Shown here in pieces: positions 47,235 through 55,242 of a stretch of 64,000 nucleotides of DNA; the stretch's first letter is position 1; the number at the start of each line of letters is the position of its first letter. This stretch comes from an uncultured Planctomycetales bacterium (GTDB lineage: Bacteria; Omnitrophota; Gorgyraeia; Zapsychrales; JANLHA01). A model generated the notes under the pieces. It was not told where the DNA came from. It made no database searches and saw only the letters and a program-made list of their open reading frames with translations. Position numbers and translations under genes: made by a program. Location of the stretch: NCBI GenBank assembly GCA_964489065.1, contig CAZAXH010000003.1, positions 127,104 to 191,103 on the forward strand. Reading direction: 5' to 3'.

Positions 47235-48572
47235 GTGACACACAGGAACCGCGTTAAATTATTGTTGCTGATCGGGGCGGCTTTTTGGGCTGGCCCGGTT
47301 GGCCAGGCCTCGGCAGATGCCGGAACTATTCCCAGCGTTACAGGGCTGGACACCCTGTGGGTGTTGATAACCGCTTTTTTGGTTTTTTTTATGCAGGCGG
47401 GCTTCGGGATGGTGGAGGCGGGTTTTATCCGGGCGAAAAACACCTGTAACATATTGACGAAGAATTTTATGGATTTCTGTATGGCGTCGTTGGGTTATTT
47501 TATGTTCGGTTATGCCATTATGTTCGGGGAGGGGAACGGGTTCCTCGGAGTTAAAGGCTGGTTTTTAGCGGGCGCGGAATCAGGCGCCAGTATCCCTCTT
47601 TATGCCTTTTGGCTTTTTCAGGCGGCCTTTTGCGGGGCCGCAGCCACGATCGTGGCCGGAGGCATGGCAGAACGGATGAAGTTTCAGGGGTACTTGATTT
47701 ATTCTTTTGTCATTTCAGCATTTATTTATCCGATCGTCGGGCATTGGGTTTGGGGCGGCGGCTGGCTGTCGAAGCTGGGGTTTGCGGATTTTGCCGGATC
47801 AACGGTGGTGCATTCCCTGGGCGGTTTCGCTGCGCTGATCGGGACGATGATCCTGAAGCCGCGGACCGGAAAATACAACCCGGACGGATCGGTCAATGCT
47901 ATTGCCGGACACAATATTCCCCTGGCGTCCTTAGGGGTCTTTATCCTGTGGTTCGGATGGTTTGGTTTTAATCCAGGGTCTACGTTGTCTGTCGGGGACG
48001 GCAGTCTGATCGCCCGGGTGGCGATTAACACAAATTTGGCGGCGGCTGCGGGAGGGATAGCGGCGATCATCACGGTGTGGAAAATGTTCGGTAAGCCGGA
48101 TCTGTCCATGGCCATGAATGGCGCCTTGGCCGGGTTGGTTGCGGTTACCGCGCCCTGCGCTTTTGTTGACCCCTGGGCCGCCATTATGATCGGCGCCATC
48201 GGCGGGGTTATTGTCGTGTGCGGTGTTGTTTTTTTGGACCGTCTTCGGATCGATGATCCGGTCGGGGCCGTCCCTGTTCATGGGTTTAATGGTTTTTGGG
48301 GGACCGTTGCCGTCGGGATTTTCGGTCGCCAATCCTTGGGCCTGGCGCACGACGGGCTGTTGTATGGAGGAGGATTGTCTCAACTGGGAATTCAACTCCT
48401 GGGTGTCACGGCGGCTGTCGTTTTTATCTTGGTGACCATGGGGGCGTTGTTCAAGCTGATTGACGCCACTGTTGGGTTGCGGGTTACCGTTGAAGAGGAG
48501 CACCGTGGCCTGGATATCGGCGAACATGGCATGGAATCCTATTCAGGATTTCAGATTTTTACGACATCATAA
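47235..48572 (+). CDS. amt: Ammonium transporter (Amt family), copy 2
   Basis: 445 aa; same Amt signatures ([36 protein letters not shown]). Confidence 0.9.
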   Translation: MTHRNRVKLLLLIGAAFWAGPVGQASADAGTIPSVTGLDTLWVLITAFLVFFMQAGFGMVEAGFIRAKNTCNILTKNFMDFCMASLGYFMFGYAIMFGEGNGFLGVKGWFLAGAESGASIPLYAFWLFQAAFCGAAATIVAGGMAERMKFQGYLIYSFVISAFIYPIVGHWVWGGGWLSKLGFADFAGSTVVHSLGGFAALIGTMILKPRTGKYNPDGSVNAIAGHNIPLASLGVFILWFGWFGFNPGSTLSVGDGSLIARVAINTNLAAAAGGIAAIITVWKMFGKPDLSMAMNGALAGLVAVTAPCAFVDPWAAIMIGAIGGVIVVCGVVFLDRLRIDDPVGAVPVHGFNGFWGTVAVGIFGRQSLGLAHDGLLYGGGLSQLGIQLLGVTAAVVFILVTMGALFKLIDATVGLRVTVEEEHRGLDIGEHGMESYSGFQIFTTS

Positions 48573-48649
48573 ACAAATTGTTTGCTGTTTTTTAGGGAGA
48601 AAACGTCCCGGTTTGAATCTGGTGGCAAGGAGAGGAGGAGAGAAGCGGT

Positions 48650-48790
48650 ATGTTAGCGACGACTATAATGATGGTTTCTTTGGGGGCGCTGTTTTGGGTG
48701 TTTAAAAAATACTTGTGGCTGAAAATGTTTTACACAAAAGAATCTCTCGTCGCTGCTTTAAGAAGAGAGAGCGAAGAGAAGGCAACTTGA
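48650..48790 (+). CDS. Possible 46-aa single-TM micro-protein (MLATTIMMVSLGALFWVFKKYLWLKMFYTKESLVAALRRESEEKAT)
   Basis: Strong RBS (AGGAGAGGAGGAGAG) 8 nt upstream of the ATG; hydrophobic core; below the ORF-track size cut-off. Confidence 0.35.
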   Translation: MLATTIMMVSLGALFWVFKKYLWLKMFYTKESLVAALRRESEEKAT

Positions 48791-48873
48791 ACTAGCCTTT
48801 TTTATCTGTCTTTGAAGAAAACCACGGGCATGCCCGTGGAGGGGTGCGGGAGGGTAACAATGTCCTCTGCTTC

Positions 48874-48954
48874 CGGGATGTTCGTGCATATGTTGAGACA
48901 CTTGATCATTCCGCGAAGCAAGGATTAACAGGGATCGCGCCCGTGGGCGTGGCG
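48874..48954 (+). repeat. R2 repeat copy 3, upstream of glnN
   Basis: CGGGATGTTCGTGCATATGTTGAGACACTTGATCATTCCGCGAAGCAAGGATTAACAGGGATCGCGCCCGTGGGCGTGGCG aligns with copies 1 and 2. Confidence 0.6.
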
Positions 48955-49117
48955 ATCTGTGAAATTCAAGCTTCATAAAAAAGATGGGACGTCGTTAATA
49001 ATGGAACGCGGCGGGCCTGAAAATATTTCCCATTTGGGGGCTTCTGTGTTTTATAATAATCTAATTTTTAGAACGCAGAGAGCTTCGGAATGGATAAATT
49101 AAACATGGAGGAAAAAG

Positions 49118-51223
49118 ATGGAAGAAAGACTCGAACATTTGGGAGGACAAACAGTTTCTGATATTTATGGCCAGAATGTTTTTAGCCTTAAGGCCATGCG
49201 GAATTATCTTTCAGAAAAGGCGTTTCAGTCCTTGAGCAAAACGATCAAAGAAGGCGGGCCGCTTGATCCCGGCATTGCGGATGAGGTGGCTGACGCGATG
49301 AAAACCTGGGCTGTTTCCAAGGGGGCTACGCATTTTACGCACTGGTTTCAGCCGTTAACCGGCACGACCGCGGAAAAACATGACTCATTTATCGTTCCGG
49401 ATGGCGAGGGCGGGGTCCTTCTGGATTTTTCAGGCAAAGAGTTGATTCAGGGCGAGCCGGATGCGTCCAGTTTTCCATCCGGAGGGTTGCGATGGACATT
49501 TGAAGCCCGGGGTTACACGGGGTGGGATCCGACGAGCCCGGCTTTTATTAAAGAAGGGCCACAATGCGCCACACTTTGCATTCCGACCTATTTCATCGGC
49601 TGGAACGGAGAGGCGTTGGATAAGAAGACTCCTCTTTTGCGCTCCATGAAAGCGCTTTCCAAACAGGTTTGTCGGCTGGCCGGCTTGTTCGGCATTGAAA
49701 CCAAAGGCAAACAGGCTTATGCTACGCTGGGCGGTGAACAGGAATATTTTCTTATTGACCGCGAATATTACCTGCAGCGCATTGACCTGATTCAGACAGG
49801 CCGCACGCTTTTCGGGAAGGAACCGGCTAAACATCAGCAGATGGCTGACCATTATTTTGGTGCTATTAAGGGCCGTATTATGGGTTTTATGGAAGATTTT
49901 GACCGGGAGATGTGGAGGCTCGGGGTTCCCACCAAGACGCGCCATAATGAGGTGGCGCCTGGACAATATGAAGTCGCTCCGATTTTTGAGAGCCTGAACC
50001 TGGCTGTGGATCACAATATGCTTTGTATGGAGGTCATGAAACGGGTTGCCGAGCAGCATGGGTTGGTGTGTCTCCTGCATGAAAAGCCTTTTGCCGGGGT
50101 TAACGGTTCGGGGAAACATAATAATTGGGCTATCGTTGGGCCAGACGGAAAGAACTGGCTGGATCCGGGTGATAATCCCCATGAAAATGCCAAATTCCTC
50201 GTTACCCTGTGTGCGGTGATTAAGGCCGTGGACACGCATGCCGGCGTGTTGCGTTCGTCGGTGGCGACAGCGGGTAATGATCACAGATTGGGATCGCATG
50301 AGGCGCCTCCGGCGATTATTTCTATTTTTCTCGGCGAACAGCTTACGGATATTATTGAGCAGATTGAAAAGGGAGAAGCCAAGCATTCTAAATCCGGCGG
50401 AGTCCTTGAGATTGGCGTGGATTCTTTGCCCAACCTCCCGCGTCACGCGACTGACCGGAACCGCACATCCCCGTTTGCTTTCACCGGGTCAAAATTTGAG
50501 TTCCGGGCGGTGGGGTCCAATATGAGTCTAGCCGGTCCGAATATTATTTTGAACACGATCGTGGCCGATGCTATCGGCGATATTTGTTCCCAGTTGGAAA
50601 AAGACTTGAGTGCGAAAAAGGATTTTAACGCCTCTTTGCAGAAAATTTTGAAAAATATCATCAAAACGCACAAACGGATTATTTTTAACGGAGATAATTA
50701 CACGGAAGCCTGGGTGAAGGAAGCCGATCAACGGGGACTCCCGAATCTAAAAAACACTCCGGAAGCCCTGGCCGTGATGAGCGACCCTGAGGTGGCTAGT
50801 CTTTTTGAGCGACACGGTGTTTTAACGAAGAAGGAACTGGCGTCCCGCAACGAGGTGTATCTTGAAGCCTACAATACAACTATTGATTATGAGGCCAAGC
50901 TTTCCGTGGACATGGTCAAGACCCTGATTATGCCTGCGGTGTTTAATTATCAGGAAGATTTGGCGGAGAGTATTAAGTCAGCGGAGTCCGTCAACAAGTT
51001 TAAATCTACGGCGTCCCGTAAACTGCTCGCGGAAATCACCCGGGAGGCGGAAGCGGCATTGAAAAAAACAGATAAACTCCAGGCGGCCATTGATAAAGGA
51101 GCCGCTTTAAAGACGAAGGCAGCCATGGGAGACCTGCGTCTCACGATCGATACTCTGGAAGGCCTGGTTCCGGCTGATTATTGGCCGTTGCCGTCTTACG
51201 CGGAGATGTTGTTTATTGTTTAA
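49118..51223 (+). CDS. glnN: Glutamine synthetase type III
   Basis: 701 aa (GSIII size); GSIII-like N-terminal region and catalytic-domain blocks (NGSGKHNNWA, HEAPPAIISIFLG). Confidence 0.8.
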   Translation: MEERLEHLGGQTVSDIYGQNVFSLKAMRNYLSEKAFQSLSKTIKEGGPLDPGIADEVADAMKTWAVSKGATHFTHWFQPLTGTTAEKHDSFIVPDGEGGVLLDFSGKELIQGEPDASSFPSGGLRWTFEARGYTGWDPTSPAFIKEGPQCATLCIPTYFIGWNGEALDKKTPLLRSMKALSKQVCRLAGLFGIETKGKQAYATLGGEQEYFLIDREYYLQRIDLIQTGRTLFGKEPAKHQQMADHYFGAIKGRIMGFMEDFDREMWRLGVPTKTRHNEVAPGQYEVAPIFESLNLAVDHNMLCMEVMKRVAEQHGLVCLLHEKPFAGVNGSGKHNNWAIVGPDGKNWLDPGDNPHENAKFLVTLCAVIKAVDTHAGVLRSSVATAGNDHRLGSHEAPPAIISIFLGEQLTDIIEQIEKGEAKHSKSGGVLEIGVDSLPNLPRHATDRNRTSPFAFTGSKFEFRAVGSNMSLAGPNIILNTIVADAIGDICSQLEKDLSAKKDFNASLQKILKNIIKTHKRIIFNGDNYTEAWVKEADQRGLPNLKNTPEALAVMSDPEVASLFERHGVLTKKELASRNEVYLEAYNTTIDYEAKLSVDMVKTLIMPAVFNYQEDLAESIKSAESVNKFKSTASRKLLAEITREAEAALKKTDKLQAAIDKGAALKTKAAMGDLRLTIDTLEGLVPADYWPLPSYAEMLFIV

Positions 51224-51250
51224 ACTGGCATGCCTTTGCGAACCAGATTT

Positions 51251-51295
51251 TAGGGCCGGCGTATTGTTTCGCCGGCCCTAAAATTCTTTTCTTGA
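51251..51295 (+). terminator. Probable terminator after glnN (10-11-bp GC stem agggccggcg/cgccggccct, 8-nt loop, T-rich tail)
   Basis: Perfect inverted repeat 51252-51261/51270-51279; tail aaaattcttttctt is interrupted. Confidence 0.5.
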
Positions 51296-51297
51296 AT

Positions 51298-52011
51298 ATG
51301 ATTTTATATATTAAACATATCGGATTGGAAGGGCCGGGGACGCTGGGGACTTTTTTGGCCCAGAAGGGCTTTCTGTCTCAGACGATTGAGGCGTGGGACG
51401 GCGAGCCCTTCCCGGAAGAACTGTCCGGCATTGAGGCCGTGGTATCCTTGGGCGGGCCGATGAATGTCTATGAGGAAAAACAGCATCCTTTTTTGAAGCA
51501 GGATCATCGTTTCATTCAGAAGGTCCTGCAGGAGGGTGTGCCTTTCCTGGGGATTTGCCTGGGGGCCCAGCTTTTGGCCAAGGCCAGCGGGGCCAGGGTG
51601 TCCCGTGCTATGGAGGAAGAGATAGGTTTCTTTCCTATCCGGCTGACGGGGGAGGGGGCTCAAGATCCTTTCTTTCAAGGGGTGCCTTTGGAACTGGATG
51701 TGTTTCAGTGGCACGGGGATACTTTTGATATTCCCTCCGGGGGCGTGTGGCTGGCCCGGGGCGGGTGCCCTCATCAGGCGTTCAGGGTGGGACAATGCGC
51801 GTACGGACTGCAGTTTCATGTCGAGATAACAGGGAAAAATATCCGTGAATGGGCAGAGGCCTATTGGGATTTAGAGGCCCCCGGCTATCTGAACAGGAAA
51901 GACGCCATGCTGTTTCGGTATGAGCAAATAAAGGAAAATTTCCACAGGGCAGGGGAACAGATATATAATAATTTTTCAAAGATCATCTTGGATCATGGGC
52001 GTTCCGATTGA
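51298..52011 (+). CDS. Class I glutamine amidotransferase-like protein
   Basis: GATase1 catalytic Cys context GICLGAQLL and His region LQFHVE; Met 51298 chosen because the upstream ORF extension spans the terminator hairpin. Confidence 0.7.
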   Translation: MILYIKHIGLEGPGTLGTFLAQKGFLSQTIEAWDGEPFPEELSGIEAVVSLGGPMNVYEEKQHPFLKQDHRFIQKVLQEGVPFLGICLGAQLLAKASGARVSRAMEEEIGFFPIRLTGEGAQDPFFQGVPLELDVFQWHGDTFDIPSGGVWLARGGCPHQAFRVGQCAYGLQFHVEITGKNIREWAEAYWDLEAPGYLNRKDAMLFRYEQIKENFHRAGEQIYNNFSKIILDHGRSD

Positions 52012-52060
52012 ATGAAAAAGGGATGTTTTTGAAAAAAGGGCTTTTAAAAAGGACGGCGCG

Positions 52061-53740
52061 ATGATACGTGTGGCGTTGGCGCAGATTAATGCCATGGTGG
52101 GGAGCTTGGAAGGGAACCGGAGGAAAATTTTGCAGTTTATCCTCCGGGCCCGGGAACTGTCCGCGGATTTGATTGTTTTTCCTGAATTGGCGGTTTGCGG
52201 TTACCCTCCGGAAGACCTTTTGTTCAAGGATCATTTTATCCAGGATAACCTGAAGACGCTGAAGGCGTTAAGCCGGGAGATCACCGGGATCACCGCGATC
52301 CTGGGGTTTGTTGACCGGGGTAAAAAAAGAAATATTTTTAACGCGGCAGCCGTGATTCAGGATCATAAAATATGCGGGATTTATCATAAGCAGGAGCTCC
52401 CGAATTACGGCGTGTTTGATGAAAAACGTTATTTTACCCCTGGCACGGGAACCTTGAGCTTCCGGTTGAATGGCGTGGTTTTCGGGCTTAGTATTTGCGA
52501 AGACATCTGGCGGCACGGTCCGCTTTTAGAAGCGCAGATCAAGCAAAAGTTGCCGCTGATCGTGAACCTTTCGGCATCCCCGTATGATTATGACAAGCTA
52601 CAACGGCGGGAGAAACGGTTGAAGGATTGCGCCCGGCAGACGCACGCGTATGTTTGTTACACAAACCTTGTCGGCGGCCAGGATGAACTGGTTTTTGACG
52701 GGGGTAGCCTGGTCATTAATCCGCAGGGCCGCGTGCTTGCTAACGGAAAACAATTTGAGGAGGATTTGGTTGTTCTGGACCTGCCTCTGGCCTCTTCGGG
52801 GCAGAAATACCGGGCGCCGCGGGGATGCATTAATCTTGGGGATAAGACACAAACATTAAAATGCGCCTTGCCTCCTCATAAGGAAGAGCGGTTTTCCCGG
52901 ATGGAGCGCGTTTATCGGGCCCTGGTCTTAGGGACGCGGGATTATGTCCATAAAAACGGGTTTGAAAAAGTCGTCATAGGGTTAAGCGGCGGGATTGATT
53001 CGTCCGTGGTGGCGGCCCTGGCCGCGGATGCGGTTGGCCATGAGAATGTGGTCGGCATTTCCATGCCGTCGAAATATACTTCGGAAGGAACCCAAAGAGA
53101 CGCCCGGGTCCTGGCGCAAAATTTAAGAATCAGGTTTAAGGAAATCCCCATTGACCGTATTTTTCAGACCTATTTGGATGAGCTTGCTCCGGAATTTTCC
53201 GGGTTGCCGTTTGACGTGGCCGAGGAAAATCTCCAGGCCAGGATCAGGGGCAATATCCTGATGAAGTTTTCCAATAAATTTGGCTGGCTGGTTTTAAATA
53301 CCGGGAATAAAAGTGAGGTTGCGGTGGGGTATTGCACGCTTTATGGTGATTTGGCGGGTGGCTTTGCGGTGATCAAGGATATTCCTAAAATACAGGTTTT
53401 TCAACTGGCCAGGTTTATTAACGAAAGACAGCCGGTGATCCCGGATAGTGTTTTGGAGCGGGCGCCGTCCGCGGAATTGCGTTATAATCAAACGGACCAG
53501 GATTCTTTGCCTCCGTATCCTGATTTAGATCCTCTTCTGAAGGGGTATGTGGAAGAACACCTGTCCATAACTCAATTGCAGAAGATGGGCCTGGATAAGA
53601 GTAAAGTCAGGGAAATTATTCTGAAGGTTGATCGGAGCGAATATAAACGCCGGCAATCGCCGCCTGGAATAAAAATTTCGACACGGGCGTTCGGAAAAGA
53701 CTGGCGGTTGCCGATCACGAACGGCTACCGGGAGGATTAA
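52061..53740 (+). CDS. nadE: Glutamine-dependent NAD+ synthetase (N-terminal CN-hydrolase plus C-terminal NadE)
   Basis: 559 aa; nitrilase-like N-domain (IRVALAQINA...ICED) and PP-loop GLSGGIDSS. Confidence 0.85.
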   Translation: MIRVALAQINAMVGSLEGNRRKILQFILRARELSADLIVFPELAVCGYPPEDLLFKDHFIQDNLKTLKALSREITGITAILGFVDRGKKRNIFNAAAVIQDHKICGIYHKQELPNYGVFDEKRYFTPGTGTLSFRLNGVVFGLSICEDIWRHGPLLEAQIKQKLPLIVNLSASPYDYDKLQRREKRLKDCARQTHAYVCYTNLVGGQDELVFDGGSLVINPQGRVLANGKQFEEDLVVLDLPLASSGQKYRAPRGCINLGDKTQTLKCALPPHKEERFSRMERVYRALVLGTRDYVHKNGFEKVVIGLSGGIDSSVVAALAADAVGHENVVGISMPSKYTSEGTQRDARVLAQNLRIRFKEIPIDRIFQTYLDELAPEFSGLPFDVAEENLQARIRGNILMKFSNKFGWLVLNTGNKSEVAVGYCTLYGDLAGGFAVIKDIPKIQVFQLARFINERQPVIPDSVLERAPSAELRYNQTDQDSLPPYPDLDPLLKGYVEEHLSITQLQKMGLDKSKVREIILKVDRSEYKRRQSPPGIKISTRAFGKDWRLPITNGYRED

Positions 53741-53780
53741 GGGTAATAAATTATTTGCAATCAGAAGTTTATACGTCATA

Positions 53781-53820
53781 ATAAGGGCAGACTGCGAAAC
53801 CTGCCCTTATGTTGTTTCTG
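53781..53820 (+). terminator. Possible terminator after nadE (10-bp stem ataagggcag/ctgcccttat, T-rich tail)
   Basis: Inverted repeat 53781-53790/53801-53810 followed by gttgtttctg. Confidence 0.4.
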
Positions 53821-53897
53821 AAGGCTAAACGGGTTTTTATTTTTTATCTAAAGCTAAAATGAGGGGACAGAACCAGATATAAAGGGATTAGGAGAAA

Positions 53898-54386
53898 ATG
53901 AAGGAGGTTGCCGTGAAAAGATGGTGTCTTATTTTTGCAATTATGATGTGCGCTTTCGGCTGTGAACAGAAAAAAGAGGTGAAATTTGAAGCTCCCGTTC
54001 CGCAACCGGCGGCTCATGATTTCATGAAGGACGGGGTTGAGTATTTGGAGCAGGCTAAAGTGCCGGAAGCGATCCGGAGCTTTGATGAAGCGATCAAGCA
54101 GAATCCGGTTGACCCGCAACCCTATCTGGTTCTGGGGCAGACGTATATGCGTATCAACGACTATACCCGCGCGATCGATACCTTTTCTGCGGCGCTGCGG
54201 GTTTCTCCCGACAAGGGGTCATTGCATTATTTGATCGCGGTGAATTACCGGCTCCTGGGAGACCTGGAATTGGCCCGCAAAAACGCGGAAATAAGCATTG
54301 AGTTTTTCCGCCAAAAACAGGATGAAAAAAATTTTTTGATGGCGCTCGCCTTGCTGCAGGAACTTTCCGAAGAGCAAAACAAATAA
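53898..54386 (+). CDS. TPR-repeat lipoprotein
   Basis: Lipobox MMCAFGC; TPR-like repeats (YLVLGQTYMRINDYTRAIDTFSAALRVSP). Confidence 0.6.
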   Translation: MKEVAVKRWCLIFAIMMCAFGCEQKKEVKFEAPVPQPAAHDFMKDGVEYLEQAKVPEAIRSFDEAIKQNPVDPQPYLVLGQTYMRINDYTRAIDTFSAALRVSPDKGSLHYLIAVNYRLLGDLELARKNAEISIEFFRQKQDEKNFLMALALLQELSEEQNK

Positions 54387-54390
54387 CCTT

Positions 54391-54858
54391 TTGGCTGGAG
54401 GCGCCGTTATGGTCCGCTTCTTTTCTTTTTTGAGGGCCGTTGTCATTCTTGCGACGGTATTTTTTCCTTTGTCCAGCGAGTGCGCCGACGAGTCCCCGGA
54501 CATGCAGGAACGGCTGTATAATTTGCGACTGAAGCAGGAAGATGTCAGGGATATTTACCTGAAAAAAAGACAGGAAATGGCGGCGGATTTTCAGGAAAAG
54601 ATGAAGGTTTTGCGGTCCGAAGGGCGCGGTTCGGAAGTTATCCGGGCCGAGATCGGGGATTATCAATATCAGCAGCGGTCGCTTAAGGCGGCTTATCGGA
54701 AAGTCATGAAGGATATTCAGGAGAAAATCAACTCCCTTAAATTGAAAGAGGGGGGGTATTCTTCGGACGTGTCGGTCATTCAGCTTTTGAAGCCCAAGGA
54801 AAATACCTATTGTCCTCCGACGTTATACGAAAGAGTGTTGTTGAATATCCGGTGTTGA
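54391..54858 (+). CDS. Hypothetical exported coiled-coil protein
   Basis: N-terminal hydrophobic segment then a charged helical sequence; no motifs. Confidence 0.45.
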   Translation: MAGGAVMVRFFSFLRAVVILATVFFPLSSECADESPDMQERLYNLRLKQEDVRDIYLKKRQEMAADFQEKMKVLRSEGRGSEVIRAEIGDYQYQQRSLKAAYRKVMKDIQEKINSLKLKEGGYSSDVSVIQLLKPKENTYCPPTLYERVLLNIRC

Positions 54859-54909
54859 TAGTGATGCCCGGCGGCTTGGGGGCGGTCTGATTCAGAATTT
54901 CTGGCACGT

Positions 54910-55242
54910 GTGATGAAACATACAATCCAAAATATATTATCCGGGCTTCCGGAGAGCAGCCAGGAAGAAATATTTACGAGCCTTTTGAAGACCGGGCATT
55001 TTGATTTGGAACGCATTATTTCCACAGGACAAACAACTCCGCCGGGGGAATGGCTTTCGCAAGACAGGCATGAATGGGTGCTGGTTTTAAGCGGCCGGGC
55101 GCGGTTACGTTTTCAGGATGCGGAGAGTTTTCATGAGCTTGAACCCGGCGACGCTGTCTTTATCCCGTCTGGATGTCCTCACCGGGTCGAATGGACCGAC
55201 CCGGCCCAAAAAACCGTATGGCTAGCCCTGCATTACGCATGA
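54910..55242 (+). CDS. Cupin-domain protein
   Basis: 110 aa; cupin barrel motifs (HEWVLVLSGRARLRF...GDAVFIPSGCPHRVE). Confidence 0.6.
   Translation: MMKHTIQNILSGLPESSQEEIFTSLLKTGHFDLERIISTGQTTPPGEWLSQDRHEWVLVLSGRARLRFQDAESFHELEPGDAVFIPSGCPHRVEWTDPAQKTVWLALHYA

Noticed and set aside
48990-49010. Sigma-54 (-24/-12) promoter upstream of glnN (TGGAACGCGGCGGGC)
   Set aside because: Only GG and GC at roughly correct spacing; lacks the TTGC and CAC parts of the TGGCAC-N5-TTGCW consensus. A TATAAT box nearer the gene is a simpler explanation.
55173-55238. Upstream Met codons (55173, 55191, 55218) as the lnt start
   Set aside because: They would overlap the cupin gene by up to 70 nt. Met 55239 gives the typical ATGA stop/start coupling and begins directly at the first TM helix.
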